The position numbers and the translations under genes are program-made. This document shows positions 48,501-59,383 of a stretch of DNA of 64,000 nucleotides, piece after piece. Within the stretch, counting starts at the first letter, position 1; each line of letters begins with the position of its first letter. The stretch is from Oikopleura dioica (taxonomy: Eukaryota; Animalia; Chordata), in assembly GCA_907165135.1 (NCBI GenBank), contig OU015567.1:9300001-9364000 (forward strand), read 5' to 3'. The notes beneath the pieces are model-generated. The model saw only the letters and a program-made list of their open reading frames with translations. It ran no database searches and was not told where the DNA came from.

Positions 48501-50877
48501 AGATTTTCATTTTTTAGTAATTTTATTGCCCCCTTTTCGTTTCTGAAACTGATTTATAAAGAGAATTTCCAATAGTAAACAACAAAAAAGGTAATACGAA
48601 AGACCCCCAAACTCTTTAGACTTTCAAACTGCTACTTTTTCTTACAAACTGTCCCCCCATCGATAATTTTTTCCGTGTACGCATGATAATTTTCCGAATT
48701 TCGTCCAATTGATTTTTCGGCACTGACCCCCTTTTCGTCAAAAATGCTCCAGCTTTGGGCTTCCTCAAACGAGAGAAATTTGTAACAAGCTGTAATTGAT
48801 ACGGTTGTGGTTTTTTGTTTGGACAAGATCGACCACCTTTACTAATCGGACGCTTTGCTAGAAAATTAAAACAGTTTTTCGGCTCTTTAGCATCTTCTTA
48901 AATTTTGACGCAGGTTCGTTAGAGAAAATTTTCAGAGATTACCGGCGTTTCATTTTTAAAGAAAACTGTCATTATTACGGTGAGAAGGAGAAACATTCTT
49001 ATTTTTTACTTCGCTAAAGAGCTGAGAAGGTGTTTTACGGAGATCGAGGAGCAAAAAAACAATTGAATTTTTAATTCGGAAAAAATGCCTTCTATTCTTC
49101 CCCAGATCATTTGGGCGAGAGAAAGCGTGTTTTATTCATCATTGCTCAAGAAAAAAAAAGAGTTTCATGATGAAATGTATCCGTAACGGAGAGAGAAATG
49201 CAAGAAAGGATTGAAAACCAAGATTTTAAGGGTGCGAGCTCATCGATAGTCGTCAAGTTGGCTGATAACGAGAAGGAACGTGCGCTGCGAAAGATGCAGC
49301 AAATGGCGGCGAACGGCATGGTGTCACCGATTCTGAACTATGCTTATCCACAGGTAAAGAAACAGTGAACTCTGTCATGCGATCCATTCTTTAGTCGATC
49401 GGTGGATTCGCTAACAACATGTGGGCAGGAGGCATTGTCGCGCCGATGGGAATGCAAATGGTCAACCAGATGGTCCACGGCGTCGTTCCCAGTAAGTTTA
49501 CGCACATTCTCTTTAGAACTACTCGTTTTTAACATTTCTTACTGGTTGTTCATTATTGGGGTCGAATGATTTTTATTATAAAAATTAACCTTCTTTCTAA
49601 GGTTAAAAAATCTTAACATGGACACGAAGTGAGTCTATTCGGTAATTTATTCGGTATTCGGTATTTCTGTCTATTCGGTATTCGTCCAACAATTCATTTG
49701 AAAGTGTTTAATAACTGTCCTTTCTGTTGGTCGGTAAAGTAGCAGTCCCAAAACATAGAAGTGAAATTAGAGTTAACATTTAATCAATGTAATGTTTCAT
49801 CTTTGTTAGCAATCTATTTGATCGTCTCAAAAAGAAACTTGATTTTTCAAAGAAAGAATTTTCATTTTCGCAAAAATCGAAATAAGGTCAACCTTATAAA
49901 CCGGGGATCGTCTCGGCATTTTTCCCCTTTTTCTTCGTTCGATGTCTCTTTCTGTGTCAAACTTAAATTTTTAGCTATGATGCCCCAGATGCCCTCTGCT
50001 CCTCAGTCTCCCATCGCCATTTCTACCGCCGGTAGCACTTCGGCCGAGTCTGCCCAAGCTCAAGCGCACGCACAAGTTCAAGTGCAGGCTGCTGCCATCG
50101 CTCAGCCTCAGCCAGCTGCTGCGTATTCCCTTCAGACCGCTTACGATAGCACCTTGGCCCAGTATCAAGGTAATGTTCTGTTTTTATAATGTGTTTTTAA
50201 CGCATGTATTATGGTAGCTCAAACCGCGGACTTATCTTCTCTCGCGGCGACGGCGGCATATGGCGGTTACCAATTCGTGATGGTCCCCAATCCCGCGGGT
50301 GGTTATACTCAAGTCCCGCTGTCGTGCGGCACGCAGAGCATGGCTGCTCTCAATCAGAATCCCTGTGCTCCTCAACGTGAAGGTAAGCAATCTTTCAGAC
50401 ATCTTCAGCCTAGACTTGAAAAGAACACATTTTCACAAATATTGTTTATAGGCCCGGACGGGTGCAATCTGTTCATTTATCACCTCCCCCAAGAGTTCAC
50501 AGACGCCGATTTGGCCAACATCTTCGCGCCCTTTGGAAACGTCATCTCGGCCAAGGTCTTCATCGATCGAGCGACGAATCAAAGCAAATGCTTCGGTAAG
50601 GCACACAACCTCGAGGCCTGTCACTTTCGATCTTTGGCAGATATCCTAATCACATGCATTATTGATTTCGCGCTCTTTGTAGAGCAGTTTGCCCGGATTA
50701 ATGAATAATGAGCAGAAAACTCTTAAACATATCTGTATTTATTTTTTAGGCTTCGTCTCCTACGACAACGTCTCCGCTGCCCAAAACGCAATCAACGCAA
50801 TGAACGGATTCCAAATCGGCATGAAGCGCCTCAAAGTTCAGCTCAAGCGACCCAAGGCCGGCGAAAAACACTTTTAG
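45581..50877 (+). CDS. CELF3/4/5/6 (Bruno-like, ETR-1) RNA-binding protein
   Basis: [12 protein letters not shown]...IEECTILR / SKGCAFIK...HGSTTMP / [17 protein letters not shown] (RRM2), a divergent linker, and [20 protein letters not shown]...SKCFGFVSYDN...[11 protein letters not shown] (RRM3). Unusually long introns. Exon 1 (45581-45679) is joined by phase only. Confidence 0.92.
49636..49684 (+). repeat. Short TATTCGG repeat cluster in a CELF intron
   Basis: Five TATTCG(G) units within 49 nt. Confidence 0.6.
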
Positions 50878-51265
50878 CTAAAATTATATTTTTCATCCTT
50901 CTACCATATTTTCTTCTTCTAAAGAGTTGACCTCTTGAACCAACTTTACCAGTAATGCAACCCTTGCTTTCCCCAAACTCCCACTGTAAATACGCCCTTT
51001 ACCCTTTTTAAAAGACTCATTTTAATGAGTCTTTATTAAACCCTTCTCTTGCACATCAAAACCGCTTCAATACTTTAATAATAATTTTAAATTATTTCTT
51101 TTCGCTTTTATTTTATTTTTTTCTGATGATTCTTTTTTCCTCCACTGGTTACTTCATTTTACCTGCAATAAATCAACGAAGTTACAGAACATCACTTTTC
51201 AATTAGTAAAATTAGCTACCTCCCTCGCTTCGATTCGAAAAGAGATCAGTCTGAACCTGAAAAAA

Positions 51266-51964
51266 TGGGAAATCAACAAGGAAGTTTTTCTCCTGAGCAA
51301 ATCGAGCAATATCAAGATTGCACCTTTTTCACTAAAAAGAGATAACAAAGCTGCATGCACGTTTTCGAGAGCTTGATCCGGATACAATTCCGTGGAATAT
51401 GCAAACCGAACAGGTTCCACATTAAATTTGAGTAATCTTGTAACTTGTTAATCTGAGGCAATGAATTTATCTCTTCCGCCCGATGTTGTGACAACAATGA
51501 CAGAGTTGAGGGAGAATCCTTTTGCAGAGAGGATTTTGGAGGTTTTCAGCGAAGACTCCAGGTAACAACAAGATTTGCAGAAAGAAAAAAAGTCATTCTA
51601 GCGGGCACATCACTTTCAACAACTTCGTGGACATGTTCAACGTTTTCTCGGAACACGCTCCACGCGACTTGAAAGCATTTTACGCCTTTAAAATCTACGA
51701 CATGGACAACGATGGGTATATCAGCATGGACGACCTCTACAATACCCTTCGTTGCCTAACCCGAGAAGAGCTGACCAAAGAAGAGATTAACCTCGTGGTT
51801 CAGAAAGTCCTTGAAGAGTCGGAAATGGACGACGATTGCCAAATCTCATTCATGGAGTTTGAGCACGTGATCTCAAGAGCGCCCGATTTCCTCAAGTAAA
51901 ATAACATTCAATTGTTTCATTTTGTAATATCATGTTTTAAAGCACCTTCCACATCAGAATTTGA
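51266..51964 (+). CDS. Calcium- and integrin-binding protein (CIB2/CIB3 type)
   Basis: MGNQQ myristoylation-type start, YQDCTFFTKKEI, ELRENPFAERI.EVFSED, FSEHAPRDLKAFYAFKIYD, FEHVISRAPDFLSTFHIRI*. Confidence 0.93.
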
Positions 51965-53426
51965 GGGCAAATAAAACAACATGACCTGCTCTGTGTGCAA
52001 CAAAAATAAACTTAGTTCTATCCATGACCATGAACATTTAGAAATGAATATAAGCCATCAAAAAGGGCGACTTGCAGAGATTATAACATTATTTAATAAC
52101 CATCATAAAGTTCATCAAACACTTTGGGCAATTTCCTATCTCAATAATCCACTTTGGCAGAAATAAGAAAAATCCTTACTCTTACATAGTATGTACTAGC
52201 AGACTTAGTTATCTTTCTTGCGGCAAAGCGACTTTCGCTTATCACGCTTCACGGGAATTCTCTTAAATAACACTCAACGAGCATAAGAGTTAACAAATGG
52301 CCTTCATCGTTATATGATCCACTTAGTAATAAGTTGTGATAATAACTTGTAATCCTTGGTTTTTTCCTCACGGCTGCGCCAAAAGTAACCCCTTGTGATG
52401 TAAGCAGGCAATTGATCCACCCATACTTTTATATGGCTACGAATAGGATGTAATTTTTCTTAGAAAAATTGCAATAAACACTGATTACTGCACTAAAATT
52501 AGTATGCAGGGCTTAGATCTCCCCGCGAGAGCTGTGTTTTTACGTTGACGCAACGAGTGAAAAAATGTAGCGCTGCTGAATGAAACGTATTTTGCTGCTG
52601 GTGGTGGAGGAAATCGAGCAGCGCCACCAATCAGCGCGAACGGCGGAGACTCGGCCAGGCGCGATTGGCGCAGTCCAGTACCAACCGCCCGGGGTACCGT
52701 CAGCGAAGCACTCATTCTCGCCATTCATAAAAGTATCTTCTTAAAAAGCATTCAATAAGCACTCAAAACACTGATTTATCTTTACGCAGAGACCCTGACA
52801 AGAGCATAGAGATTTTAGGAAGATTAGACAAGCGGGAAAAGATTCGAAAAGAAGATACAAAGAGCACTGGTAAGCCTGGTTTAGAAGATTGACCTGATTT
52901 CAAATTCTATAGAAATTTATTTGCCAAATACTGAATTAGATTGAAGATTTTGTTGGTTAAAATTTTCACGAAAATGATTAATATTTTGTACGGAACCTTA
53001 AAATACCTTGGTACGAAGCATGATAATGTTTTCAAATCAAACAGACAAACTTTAAATTGTCCTAAGTAAATCGACCATCCATTTTTTAGACATTTCATTG
53101 AAGAATTCTTTCGTAAAATAAAGTTAAACATGTTCAAATATCCGAATTATTCTGGAATTCGAAAAATGCGTCAAATTAGAATTACACTTTGTCTCACATC
53201 GCAAAAAATTTCGATGCACTGGAGGAGCGAGAGACTTCATCCTCTTTAAACTTTATTATTTTTAAAAGTATCCGGTCTTAAATAAGCCCATTCGAGTTTC
53301 TTCTCGCGCCGGGCCAAGTGGAAGGCGGTGCGTTGGTTTATTTAAAATCTCACCTTTTAAATATTTATGCCGAATTTTTAAGATAAAACTCACGCGAGGG
53401 TGAATGAGCCGTGACAGATTACGATT

Positions 53427-56400
53427 ATGAGGTCCAAATTTTATATATTCACGTTATGCGGCCTTGCAGGCGTTTATACACAGGTTGAGTTCCAAATAGA
53501 AAACAAAATTATCAGTAGTTTATTTCTGAAACCAAAAAACTGAACTCTGAAAAAGTCAACAAATGTCAATCCGCCTGGGATGTGCGCAGGCTACATCAAC
53601 AAATACACACATTCTGACCAATGTGTCTACAGTTTTACCGTCCCGAAGCGGGATGTCAACGATTGCAAAGGGCTAGAAGACACTGTAAATAATATGAACG
53701 AAAGAACAAACGCCCTGGAGTTGGAAGTTGCCGAATTAAAGAAAATCATCGAAATTATCAAAGACAACATGGATGCAAATCGAATGATCGGACAAATGCA
53801 GCAGCAACAGGCCACGTGGGAAGAAAATGACAGGATTATCAGAGAGGAGAACGCGATGAAATCAGCGCAGCTTACTGAAATGGAAATTAATTTACGAGAA
53901 GTCCAAAATAACCTCGAACGCGCGAATGCTGATCTAGCTGCATTGAAATCAGAAGCGACTCCGCTCGAGGAGGAACTTCTCAAGTCCAGATCGCAAACTC
54001 AACAATTCCGAAACGAGCTTGTTATTATGACGCAAAAGTACACCGACCAACTCAGTTTGGTGGACGAAATGATGAGTGCGAAGAACTGTTCGGAAATCAA
54101 CAAGAATTTGCCCTCGTGCGATGCGATTCGACTCTGGGGCTTCAAAAAGTCAGGCTACATGATGATCGATCCTGACGGAGAAGATGGTAATCCCCCCTTT
54201 CAAGTTTACTGTGACATGGACAGCATCCCCGGCAGAGGAATCACCCACGTGCATCATTCCAACCAAGGAATCGGCGTGGATGTTCAAGGGTGCGAAGAAG
54301 CCGGATGCTTTTCCCACGAGCTCAATTACCAAGGAGTCTCTATGTCGCAAATGGAATCGCTTATTGATATCCACACTGCTTGCGAACAATCGCTCAGATA
54401 CGACTGTCTCGATTCCAAGGTACAAAATCAAGTTAAATGCTACATGTAGTTACATAGTTTAATTCAAGATTATGCGAGACAGAACCGCTTGGTGGGTATC
54501 CCGCGATGGACGGCGGCAGAACTCTTGGGGAGGGGCACCCATCGGCTCAGGCAAATGCGCTTGTGGCCTAACGAACACCTGCGTTGACCCTAATTACGTG
54601 AGTGATTCTTAATTTTTATTGCTTTATATCAATTTTGTTAGTATTGTAACTGCGACGCTGACGACGAAAAGTGGCACAATGATGAGGGTCTTATTTATGA
54701 AAAGGATCTCCTTCCGGTAAAATTTTTTTAGAGTTTTAACTTGACTAAATTTCGGAATTCAGATAAAGGAAGTGCGTTATGGTGACGTTACTACTGATAA
54801 AGGCGAGAAGGGCAAATCGCTCGTTGGCGCGCTTGTCTGCAAGTGGGATAAAACGATGGCAGTCACATCGTGTCAAGCACTAGCGAGAGATGGTGTTAGG
54901 GAATCTGGACATTACATGATTGATCCTGGTAAGTGTTGACTAATCAGTACTAATTCGCAAAAAGAGAGTTCGAAATTGGGGGCGGATAGCGTAGTTAGTC
55001 GTGCGTACGCAATCTCTGGTGAATCTCGCGGGCGTGAGTTCGAATCCTTCTGACGAGGGGATTCTTTGAACCTAACGCCTACGTTGGCATCGCAGCTAGT
55101 CGGTTTCCCGAGGGTTAACCACAGTTTGTGCGACTATCGAGGACTTGTGTTTCCTCGAACAATTGGTAGATGTAAAGTCAATTCGTCACGAAGAGCCAAT
55201 GCGTTCCCGGCGCATGAGCTCCCAGAGTACACAATTAACCTTGTCACCAAAAAGAACTCCAAAATGACGAAAGGCTGCACGAGCCCTGAGGTTTCTCCCT
55301 GCCCCTAGTCGGCTTCGAGACGTCGAAGTTAGATCACCAGATTGGGAGTTTTTGTAAAACTTGTATCGTCAATTTCTCGAGACGCAAAAAAATCCCTGCC
55401 TCTTCCCTGTTTTCAGTAAATTTTTCTTTGAACAGAATCTAGAAAGATAATATTTCCAGAAAAGAAGGCGCATCCGTGGGAGCGGATAGCGTAGTTAGTC
55501 GTGCGTACGCTGTCTCTGGTGAATCTCGCGGGCGCGAGTTCGAATCCTTCTTCCGAGGGGATTCTTCTCTTCGCCCACGGTGGCATCGCACCTCGCGAAC
55601 GGGTGGTGGTTGGGTTGCCTACATAAAATGTAGGCATTGACAGGACTTGTGTAGGGAGGAGTGTCCATTGGTTGATGTAAAGACAATCCTTCACGAAGAG
55701 CCAAAGGACCACTCCTGCACAAAGTACCGAGTCTCGCGGATAACCTTGTCACCAAAAGAACCCTAAATTGACGAAAGGCTGCGCGGGCCCTGAGGTTCCT
55801 CTCTGCTCCTAGTCGGCATCGTGTCCTCGATGTTAGATCACCAGAATGAGAGTTTTTTCGATTTACGATTATCAAACTAAGCCTTTGCTTCAGATGGACC
55901 ACATGGAGTAGAACCGCCACAAAAAGTATTCTGTGACTTCTCAAATGGAATCATGCCCATCGACGATTCCGTTGATCCAACTACCGTCGTTGAAGGTGGT
56001 GGACTTCTTCCTCGTAAGTAAAAATCAAAAATTCGTTGACTCGAATGCCAAACTAAGCAAGTTTAATTTTAAGCTGATTACTTGACAACGCACTGACATA
56101 TCAAATTTTGCCATTATGCTTGATTTTGAAATGCGCTCAAGTTTATTTGATTCATCTCATAAGAATCAGTTTTTATTTCTATACATTCAAAATATTTTTA
56201 GCTGCGCCTGTGCCAAGCAATGTTGGTCCTCGCCGTACTTGGGAATTCAACGATTGCGGAGCCAGTGGTCGCTTTGGACCCACTGAATCAATGTGCAAAA
56301 CGGTTTATGACGAGGACTATCCCGGTTTCTTCGTCAAGAGTGGCATGCAATTCTTCTACGCGCCAAAAACGGGGAGATACAGAATTACTGCGACCGCACC

Positions 56401-57519
56401 TGGTGGATTGGCTGCCAAGAAAGGCGCCGGAAAGGGTGCTTCTATGTCGGCCATTTTCAAATTGGAAGAGGAAACTGAGCTGAGAATTATCGTCGGTCAG
56501 AAAGGATCAATCTCGCCCAATAGGGAGTTCTTTGGCGGAAGTGGCGGAACCTTTGTTGTCAAATTCGCGGTGAGTATTTGGTCAGACCGAACTATAAACA
56601 AAAGTTCGAAATAATCCCATTCTAGTCGATAGAAAGTGCAGGTCTAATGATATTCAAATGATATTTGTCGCTTGCAAACTTGAACTTTGAAATAACCTTC
56701 TGTTTATAGTCCTGGGTTCATGAAGCACTTGTTGTCGCTGGCGGTGGTGGCAGTGCCGGAGCTAAGGATTCATCACCGAATCCTGAAGTGACTGACGCCA
56801 ACCTCAAGCGTCAAGGAAAGGATGCGTCAAAGACTGGCGCCTCTTTTGGCTTGGGAGGTGCAGAAGGTCAGGGTGGTCTACGTGGAAATCGCGCCATGGG
56901 TACTAATACGCCTGGTGGTGGTGCTGGGTAAGTGATCGTTTCCAAAATATGTCTCAATATTCATCGAGTAGACGTTTGAAAAACAGAAAAACTTTGACTG
57001 TCTTTACACTGATTTTTCAGTATGATGGGCAACGGTCAACCATCAGGCGATTCCCGCTGGGGAACTCCCGAGCCAGCTATATCCTTCACGAACAACGGGG
57101 AAGGAAACGAAGCCCCAGGAGTCGGTGGCACCTTCTTCGACGCTTCCGGTGAAGAGATCGACGGTGGTTTCGGCGGCGGTGGATCAGGCGCGCGCTGGGC
57201 AGCAGGTGGCGCTGGTGGATATTCAGGTTTGTGAACTGACTGAAGTGAAAGGTCGTCTCGCCGCATTGTCGGTGTCAAAGAATTCAAAATAGTGACTTGG
57301 TCACTTTTTCCAGCTCATTCGCGCACACTAAGCGCTAATAATTCGAAAAAAACAGAATAAAGAATACGAATTTACCAATTATTTTCAGGTGGTGGAGGAG
57401 GCCCTGACGAGGGCGTCTCCGGCGGAGGTGGAAGTTACATCAATGACGAAGGCGAAAGTCCTAAGTCTGAAGTCACCAACGAAGGCCTTGGCTCTGTCGT
57501 TATCGAGCTCTTGAGCTAG
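53427..57519 (+). CDS. Secreted multidomain protein: angiopoietin-like N-terminus and coiled coil, Caspr-type fibrinogen-like domain(s), ALK/LTK-type glycine-rich domain
   Basis: Signal peptide MRSKFYIFTLCGLAGVYT (intron 53484-53555); CVYSFTVP; heptads; SGYMMIDPDG..PFQVYCDM..CEQSLRYDC..WWVSR..WGG..CACG..YCNCDAD; second SGHYMIDPDG; FNDCGASGRFGP..GRYRITA..LRIIVGQKG..GGSGGTFVV..GGFGGGG..GGAGGYSGGG..GSVVIEL*. Confidence 0.85.
54978..55353 (+). ncRNA. tRNA-headed structured unit, copy 1 (candidate Pol III ncRNA or SINE)
   Basis: A-box-like TAGCGTAGTTAG (54987-54998), B-box GAGTTCGAATCC (55036-55047), ~290-nt body with multiple hairpins, T5 at 55349-55353. Confidence 0.7.
55478..55858 (+). ncRNA. 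tRNA-headed structured unit, copy 2, with its head 500 nt downstream of copy 1's
   Basis: Near-identical ~85-nt head, diverged body with the same stem positions, T6 at 55853-55858. Confidence 0.7.
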
Positions 57520-58164
57520 CCTTCACCTTTAGCAATTTTAACGTCAAAATCTAATTGTGTACAAACTTCAACAAAACTCAAAAATGTCAAAATCTTCTCA
57601 ATTTGCTCAAAATGCTCACCTCAAAAATGCACCAATTGTAAAAAACGGTTCCAGAAACAGACACTTTTATTTTTACTTGTTTATTCGCTCATTTTGTTTT
57701 CCCGAAAATACTTATTTATAGAAAACAAAAAGAGTCCCTCATTGCAGTCCTATTTCATACTGAATCCTGAAAATACTATTTAAATATGCAGAAATCGTTA
57801 TTTAAAAAATTTCTTATTGAATAAATGCAAATAAAAAGATTCTCGTCGTTGATTTCAATTTTTCAAAGAGCAAATAAGCTGTTTAATTTTGAGGGATTGT
57901 CCGAAAATGCCAAAATAGGTCACCTGGGATCAGCTCCAGCTACTTAGCACCAGCTGTTTTCGTTATCCCAAAAAGAGCTACGTTGGATTCCGATGTTGGC
58001 AACTTCCCATGTCTTTATCTTGCATTTAGTCGAATAGACAAGTTTCTACTTTGACCGATAGACACTGTTATCGAAACTCAATTAAGTTTATGAAGCCGGC
58101 GAGTGTAGCCGGGATTAGCGCGACAAGAGCCAGGGAGGAAAAATTAGGTAGAACTGTCTAGTAG

Positions 58165-59383
58165 ATTCGAGGTCGTCCAAACATAACCACAGCGTTTTTT
58201 AAAAGAAGAGAACATCCATCTAGTTGAAGGAGGAAAGACATCAAAGCTTGTCTTTTAATTCTGATTAAAAATATTCTTCGCGGCGGAACAGATGGCAACA
58301 ACAAAACCAGGCCATCACCAGCTCGTTATTAATTATTTTAGGCGACACGAATTGCTTTCCAATAAGGGCGAGTACGCGAGCGCGTTTTCCCAATCGTGAA
58401 ATTTGTCAATTTTGAGCGCTACCGTATTGATTCCTAATCAGCAGCATGTTCTTTGAAGAATGAAAGCCATAGCAATTGTGATGATGGCTTAATTTATTAA
58501 TCTTTGCTATGTTTGCAGCTTTCAGATTTTTAAAAGGAAGATGTTATCGTCTTTTTAAGATTATTCAAAGGGCCTTTAGAAATATCAACTCTGAATTTTA
58601 AATGAAAAGTCTTTTCACTCAGAATACACTCAAAACTGACCTCAAAGTTCAATTTGCTTGCCCGAAGTCATGATTTAGTAGTCATTGCAATAACTCCTTC
58701 CAAATGCTACCAAAGCTTTGAACTTTGGTGAAAATATACTTTGCTGCGGAAAAATATTGGTATATCTGACAAACTGTGTCATTCAACTGTCAACCTAAGT
58801 TCAGAGCAAAGTTTCAAGCCCAATCTTTCTCCAAGAAACATCTCGATGAAATCGAAATTGTTTTGCATCAGAGTAGAAAGCAAAGAAGCCATGCTTTTAT
58901 CAATTATTTGTTAAACATCAATGCTAATTTTATTGCCGCAACTTGAACGAAAATGAAACATAATCATTTAAAGTCGTCCTTGCTGGATAATAGACTTAGC
59001 TACAATAAGAAAAACATCGTTTGTCCACAAAATGAAGGCGTAATTGTCGTTTTGGTTTATTATGTCCTGCCCCAAGGGGTGAAAAGCTGAAATTCGCGCT
59101 GGCACGCCACCTTTACTTTTAGGCTGCGGCGCAACCCCGTCCGCGTCAATTACGCCTGGTGACTTTTTCCAAACGATAGAATCACTCGGCTCTTATCAAC
59201 GTAAACTGCCATAGAATTTTTCAAAGGACAAAAATGAAGTTTGCAAAGATAGCAACGCTACAGATACTGCTTGTAAATGCACAAGAGAAGAAACCACAGG
59301 AGAAAATCATCAGTCGAGGTGGAGATGTTCGTCTCAGGTTAGCTAAAGATGATCAGGAATCTTGACTCAAAAGTGTTTGTGGC
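58165..59383 (+). repeat. Segmental direct repeat, copy A (upstream region plus exon 1 of the Ig gene)
   Basis: Matches 62781-64000 at an offset of ~4617 nt, with about a dozen differences seen by eye. Confidence 0.95.

Noticed and set aside
54978-55060. Functional tRNA genes (Leu/Ser/Thr-like) at 54978 and 55478
   Set aside because: A and B boxes are present, but the T-stem (GYGAG vs CCTTC) and anticodon stem do not pair in either copy.
55060-55858. Assignment of the bodies to group I intron, HDV ribozyme, RNase P, 7SL, HCV-like IRES or telomerase RNA
   Set aside because: Only partial hints. GACTA and GTT-TCCTCG-AAC occur in copy 1 only; AACCCTAA in copy 2 only. The P4-like strands are too close together, and the Alu-like CACGGTGGCA has no SRP S-domain. 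None is supported in both copies.
55066-55944. ORFs of 80-149 aa across the tRNA-headed units
   Set aside because: Not conserved between the two copies and lying within an intron; they are by-products of the GC-richer structured sequence.
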